Origin: Vitrella brassicaformis CCMP3155
Lineage: Eukaryota > Protista > Chromerida
Length of the DNA stretch: 64,000 bases
Direction of reading: 5' to 3'
NCBI GenBank assembly: GCA_001179505.1
Contig: CDMY01001028.1
Location: 158,928-222,927 of the forward strand
The notes beneath the pieces are model-generated. The model saw only the letters and a list, made by a program, of their open reading frames with translations, was not told where the DNA came from and ran no database searches. Positions 59,637 to 64,000 of the stretch are shown in pieces. Positions within the stretch are counted from its first letter, which is position 1, and every line of letters starts with the position of its first letter. Both the position numbers and the translations under genes were made by a program.

Positions 59637-61898
59637 ATGGGCGGCTCGGATTGCGAAGATTCGCTGCCTCTATCCATGAAGCGCCGTCCGCACGGCCGCC
59701 ATCTGCCCTTGTGGCCATCAGTCAGCTCAACTTTGCGCTATTACTTCGGCCACGTATGGTCTGCCGCTGCCCCTCCCTCACCTCCACTCCCACCCGCATC
59801 GCGGCTATGGGTCAAGCGGCACCGCACAGCAACGTTCTGCATCAGCCTGCTGCTCAACTCCCTCCCTCTCGTGTTCATCCTGGTTGTGATTCTCAACTTT
59901 ATCGAGCTGCCGCATCCTGCACCGCATGTGCTGACGATGTGGACCTGGGTGTCCCCCGAGCGACGGGCGACGAGAGAAGAGCCAGGCGGCCGCTCATCGA
60001 CCCTCTTTCCGAGGCGGACGCTCTTCTCTGCGCTGACATCTTGGCTTGGCGATGAGACGATCGATCCCTTGCGCGAGATCTGCGACCAGCTGCCCTTGAC
60101 GCCACCGAGAGGGCCACTTTCGCTGTATGAGGATGGGGTGCAATCGCCTTTCGACAGCAGTGTGATGGCTCCTTCACTGCCTCCGACCATCCGGCTGGAT
60201 TCGCATCCCCACACGCCGGCCTATGGCGACTTTGCTGACGCCTTTATGTTCATGTGGGGTGGCCTGGGGCTGCAGATCGCCATCGATCACGAGCCGCCAC
60301 CCAGGGATTTTGGTGTCTTGTGGATCCGCAAGCAAGGGTGCGAGCCGAAGCTCAGGGAATATGACATGAAGGCACTTACGGAGGTGAGAAAGGGCACGCA
60401 ACAGAGCAGTCGCTGTGTACTGGTTGCGACCATCAGGTTGGAATGGTGAATCATGTGCCCGGCACGTGTGAGGAGGCCTACCGCAAGACGGCCTTCTGTC
60501 GGGCCGTCAAGAACGGCGACCCCAGGGAATTCGAACCGGACCAAATCATGGGTGAGCGACGCATATGGCACTCGGCGCCAGACCGTCACACGCCGCCTTC
60601 GTTGTCCTGTGCCCTGTAGGCGTGCAGACTTCTCTCCCGTGTTTCGTGGTTCCCGAGAACGCCACGGCTCTCGAGAGCTACATCGCTGAGCATCCACGGG
60701 AGGTGTGGATCAGCAAGCAGCCCGCACAATCGGGCGGCATCGGGCACCAGATCCACTGGGAGGGCCACACGGCCGTCGAGAGGGCAAGACGGTTCATGCA
60801 GGAGGGGGAGGGGACGGGCAATGTGGCCGCTTGGGACGGGGAGGCGGATCACGATTCCAAGTGGAGCTACGGGCACCTGCTTTACCAACGATACATCCAG
60901 TGAGCAGACACACGCACACACAGAGCGTGTTGAGCGTCGTTGCCTGTTGTGCATCGACTGCTCGCTGCCATGCGTGCAGCAATCCATTGCTGTGGGATGG
61001 TCGCAAGTTCGACATTCGTGTGTTCATGGTGGTCTTCTGGGACCCCCTGAGGATATACATACACCGAAATGGAAAGGTCAGTCAGACAGGCCACCATCAA
61101 TGGAGGGAATGCGATGAATGGACTGAGAAATGCCCGTGTTCTACTTGTGCACTGTCCTTCAGGCGCGTCTCGGGGGCGAGACCTACCAGCAGAACAACAA
61201 CTCTGAGGTGATGCAAATCACCACCGCAGGAGTGCAGGAGATACCGGACAGCTTCAGGTACCCCCTCCCCCACGCACACTCTCTGACGGACACATTTAAA
61301 TGAATCCCTTTGCTCTCTTTTCCGTTGCTCACACAGGATCCGTCCCGACCCCGAGATATGGGATTGGCTGACGCCCGACAAGGCCGGCCCTTTGTTTGAG
61401 AAGATCAAGAAGATCTGCGCCAACGCCATCCTCTCATTCGCACACAAGCTCGGCTGCAACTCGTCCCAATACGGCGGGTACAAATGCGGCCGGGTGTTCC
61501 AGTTCTTCGGCCTGGACGTCGTGCTCGACGAGGAACTCAACCCTTATGTGATCGAGGTCAACAACGACCCGGGATTCGGCAACCTCGCCACGGACCTCGC
61601 ACACGCGTAAAGACGCACTACTACACGAAAGAGATCAGGAAAGTGAGTGCATCTGTGTTGTTCTCGGCTGCGTGTCAGTGCGAGCGAGACGGGCGGCGGG
61701 TGTGACTCCCGCTATCGGTCGACGATGGCCATGTATCGGGAGGTCCACGCCGACATCCTGCGGGTCATCGGGTACGACCCCTTCAGACGCCTGTTCGTGG
61801 AGCGGCCCATCGCAGCCCAGCCACTGCAATCCGGCGACTTTGAGCTGACGTTCCCGAGCCCAGTTCACCCAAAGCTATGCGAATGGCACGCCAGGTGA
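59637..61898 (+). CDS. Tubulin-tyrosine-ligase-like (TTL/TTLL) ATP-grasp protein with N-terminal transmembrane anchor
   Basis: WISKQPAQSGGIG, LYQRYIH|NPLLWDGRKFDIRVFMVV and FQFFGLDVVLDEELNPYVIEVNNDP are TTL-family ATP-grasp motifs. TM segment TATFCISLLLNSLPLVFILVVILNFIEL lies at about aa 63-91. Confidence 0.88.
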
Positions 61899-62878
61899 GA
61901 AAGGGGAGGAAACATACTGATAGAACAGATTTAGTGACTGAAGTGCCTGTCTCTGTCTGGTATGTTCACGGATCAGGGAGGTCGGATCGACTTGTGAGGA
62001 GCTGTATCGCGACTTCCCATGGGCGTTCGAACGGCTGCCGGCATCTGACAAGGCCCTCACAGCCATGTGGCGGACAGATGTGTGATGTGATGCATGGCAC
62101 ATGGCGACATATGACGGGTGTCTTGTGGTGTGGTGTGTCGGTACGTGAGTGTGGCCTTTATTATGTTCTCAGCAATGTGTGTTTATTACGTCTCGATCTT
62201 CTGTTTTCTGCTGCATGGGGCCTTTGGACAGACAGTTTCGCTTTGTGAGAGAGGGAAACGACGGTACGTGTGGTGTTGCGTCGCGCTCGAGTATGTGGTC
62301 TGCCTTTCTGCTATCTGCTTCATGTGTTGTCTTGCATGCTGTGTGTGAATGTGAGTATCAACCTGCACCAGCTGGCCATGCGTGTGGACGTGTCTCCGCC
62401 AACATCAGCATTTATCGCCACTTGTGTTTCCTGAAAGTGGTGATTGAATGCTGAGGTGGTGGACTTTGGCGTCACACGCCCGCGCCGTCTGGCATTCGTG
62501 CGATGATGGGACCATGTGCAGTGACGTTGAGTGGATAACCGTGCTGTCGACAAAGGTTAGATGCACGTGCCGTGAATGCTAGTCAGCATAAGAGAGGCCA
62601 CACAAGTGAGCGGGCATGCCACTGGGGCTCAAGAAGAGAGAATGCATCCGAGGGACCAGCCTCTGTCGGCTTTTTCCTCAGATGCACCAGTCGGCACTCC
62701 AGCCACCGTGACACACCCACCGACAGAGTGGAACGCAGGAATACGTCGATGAGTGACAACCAGCTATACACACACCAGGCGGTCATATACAGTGATCAAG
62801 CCAGTCAGTCTTCGCAGTACCCATCCTGTCTATCATATCAACACACCCCCTCTCAGTGTCCTCCCCTTCATCGACCGG

Positions 62879-63531
62879 TCATCCCACGAGCCGCCTGATG
62901 CCCTCGGCAAGCCACCCCAGGATGCCGCCCTTGGTCAGCAACACCAGCAACCCTGATTGACACACAACACACACCATACACAGGGCATCCTTTGTGCGTG
63001 TGTGGTGGGCAGGCGCACCCGAGATGAGCACAAGGAAGCCCACAAACATGAGTCCGAAGACGGCCTTGATGGCCATCGACTCGCGAGGCGACAGCCCACT
63101 CGTGAGGGCATTGAGCTTCAGCAGAGCAGCGCGGCCCTCGGGAGTCAATCTCGACCGAAACCACTGCAAACACATGACCCGCGTGGTATGATGGGTGCAT
63201 GCATATGGCTCACCTCGGCTCGTCTTCGGGCAGCCTCTACATCAGCCTGAGAGATCGGCTCCTGTCTTTCGTTGCCGTCAGCAGCTATCATCGTGTTGCA
63301 GCCCTGCGCATCAGTCGGCATTCCTCTCCTCTGCCGCATCCCCTCCCTCAGCGCCGCGCCACTGACGACGGACGTATGACCGTCGGCCTGAGCATCATCC
63401 TGCTTGGTCTTGGGAGCTACAGCTCGGCTTCGGCTGGTGCAGATGAGGAACGACAGGCCGGCGATGATGCCCGCTGAGAAGACGGCGATGGCCTCGGCAG
63501 GTCCCCCTGCCCACACCCCCGGCGAATCCAT
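62879..63531 (-). CDS. Small hypothetical membrane protein (3 exons, 2-3 TM)
   Basis: MDSPGVWAGGPAEAIAVFSAGIIAGLSFLICT...EAARRRAE|WFRSRLTPEGRAALLKLNAL...KAVFGLMFVGFLVLIS|GLLVLLTKGGILGWLAEGIRRLVG*; splice phases are consistent. Confidence 0.65.
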
Positions 63532-63734
63532 GCGCAAGCAGCTGCCCTTCTGAAGCGTCGAGAATTCTCGCCGAGAGGACAGAACCCCGCAAACCCTACC
63601 CCGAAATTTTTCGTTCTTTCGACACATTCCAGCGTCGTTTGTTCGCCGCAACGTGCGTCGCAGGCCACATCTCTGTAGAGAGCACACGGATCCGCAGGAG
63701 AGCCATCACTCCCACCCTCACAGCCACCACCACC

Positions 63735-64000
63735 ATGCCGCCCTCGCCTTCCCACTCACGCCAGCCTCAAGGATGAACACCGCCGCCTCTCGCTGGTGAG
63801 CAATGGACAACTCGAAGCGCAATCATTGTGCATTTTCGCGTCAAATGCACTGGATGAAATGCCTGGCGTGTGTGGATTTCTGTGTGTGGATGGCAAAGAG
63901 GGCGGAGCTCGGCGGACGGCGCGCCGAGGCGGAGGCCCTCGAGGCGCTGAAGGGCGTGACGGGGGATGGCGGCCTGCCGATCACCGTCCCGCTGCTGGCC
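63735..64000 (+). CDS. 5' part of a gene running off the window
   Basis: Donor gtgagc near 63796, then a strongly coding-like exon RAELGGRRAEAEALEALKGVTGDGGLPITVPLLA reaching the edge. The start is uncertain. Confidence 0.35.

Noticed and set aside
4734-63609. AAATTT as a shared promoter element (4734, 26869, 38916, 63604)
   Set aside because: A 6-mer palindrome is expected several times by chance in 64 kb, and it is absent from other divergent gaps.
63899-64000. Prefoldin-alpha/URI identity for the edge gene (ITVPL)
   Set aside because: There is too little sequence inside the window to support it.
1-64000. CRISPR arrays, transposons/retroelements, tRNA or rRNA genes, telomeric repeats
   Set aside because: I found no regularly spaced repeat-spacer units, no RT/integrase/transposase motifs, no terminal repeats with target-site duplications, and no cloverleaf or rRNA-like sequence by eye. 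Repeats are simple microsatellites and local duplications.

Overview
This is gene-dense, GC-rich, intron-rich eukaryotic nuclear DNA. Introns are short (mostly 50-150 nt, GT-AG) and full of (GT)n/(CA)n and (CCAT)n microsatellites. The style and gene content suggest an alveolate, most likely the chromerid Vitrella brassicaformis; this is inference, not a database match. I assembled about 23 multi-exon gene models by eye, and most are arranged as head-to-head pairs. Recognisable products: CFAP141-like, an SDR, a CE4 deacetylase, a TLDc protein, a TIS11-type CCCH protein, DNAJC11-like, PGAP6/TMEM8-like, a DegT-family PLP aminotransferase, an SVOP-like MFS transporter, TRM1, a SET+CCCH protein, a large RING E3, a polycystin-2-like channel, an RCC1+J-domain gene and a membrane-anchored TTL-like ATP-grasp ligase. 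There is one 301-nt assembly gap. I found no tRNA, rRNA, CRISPR array or transposon. The most notable observations are: (1) a TTL-fold ligase with a type II signal anchor, predicted to be luminal and so probably not acting on tubulin; (2) a bacterial-style DegT aminotransferase divergently paired with an MFS transporter across a promoter carrying a 15-bp direct repeat; (3) several reading-frame lesions (in-frame TAA/TAG/TGA and 1-nt frameshifts) in otherwise intact-looking genes; (4) catalytic or filter residue substitutions (SDR Y->A, J-domain HPD->HQD, PKD2 filter LGD->QGQ). All exon boundaries were read manually and are approximate.
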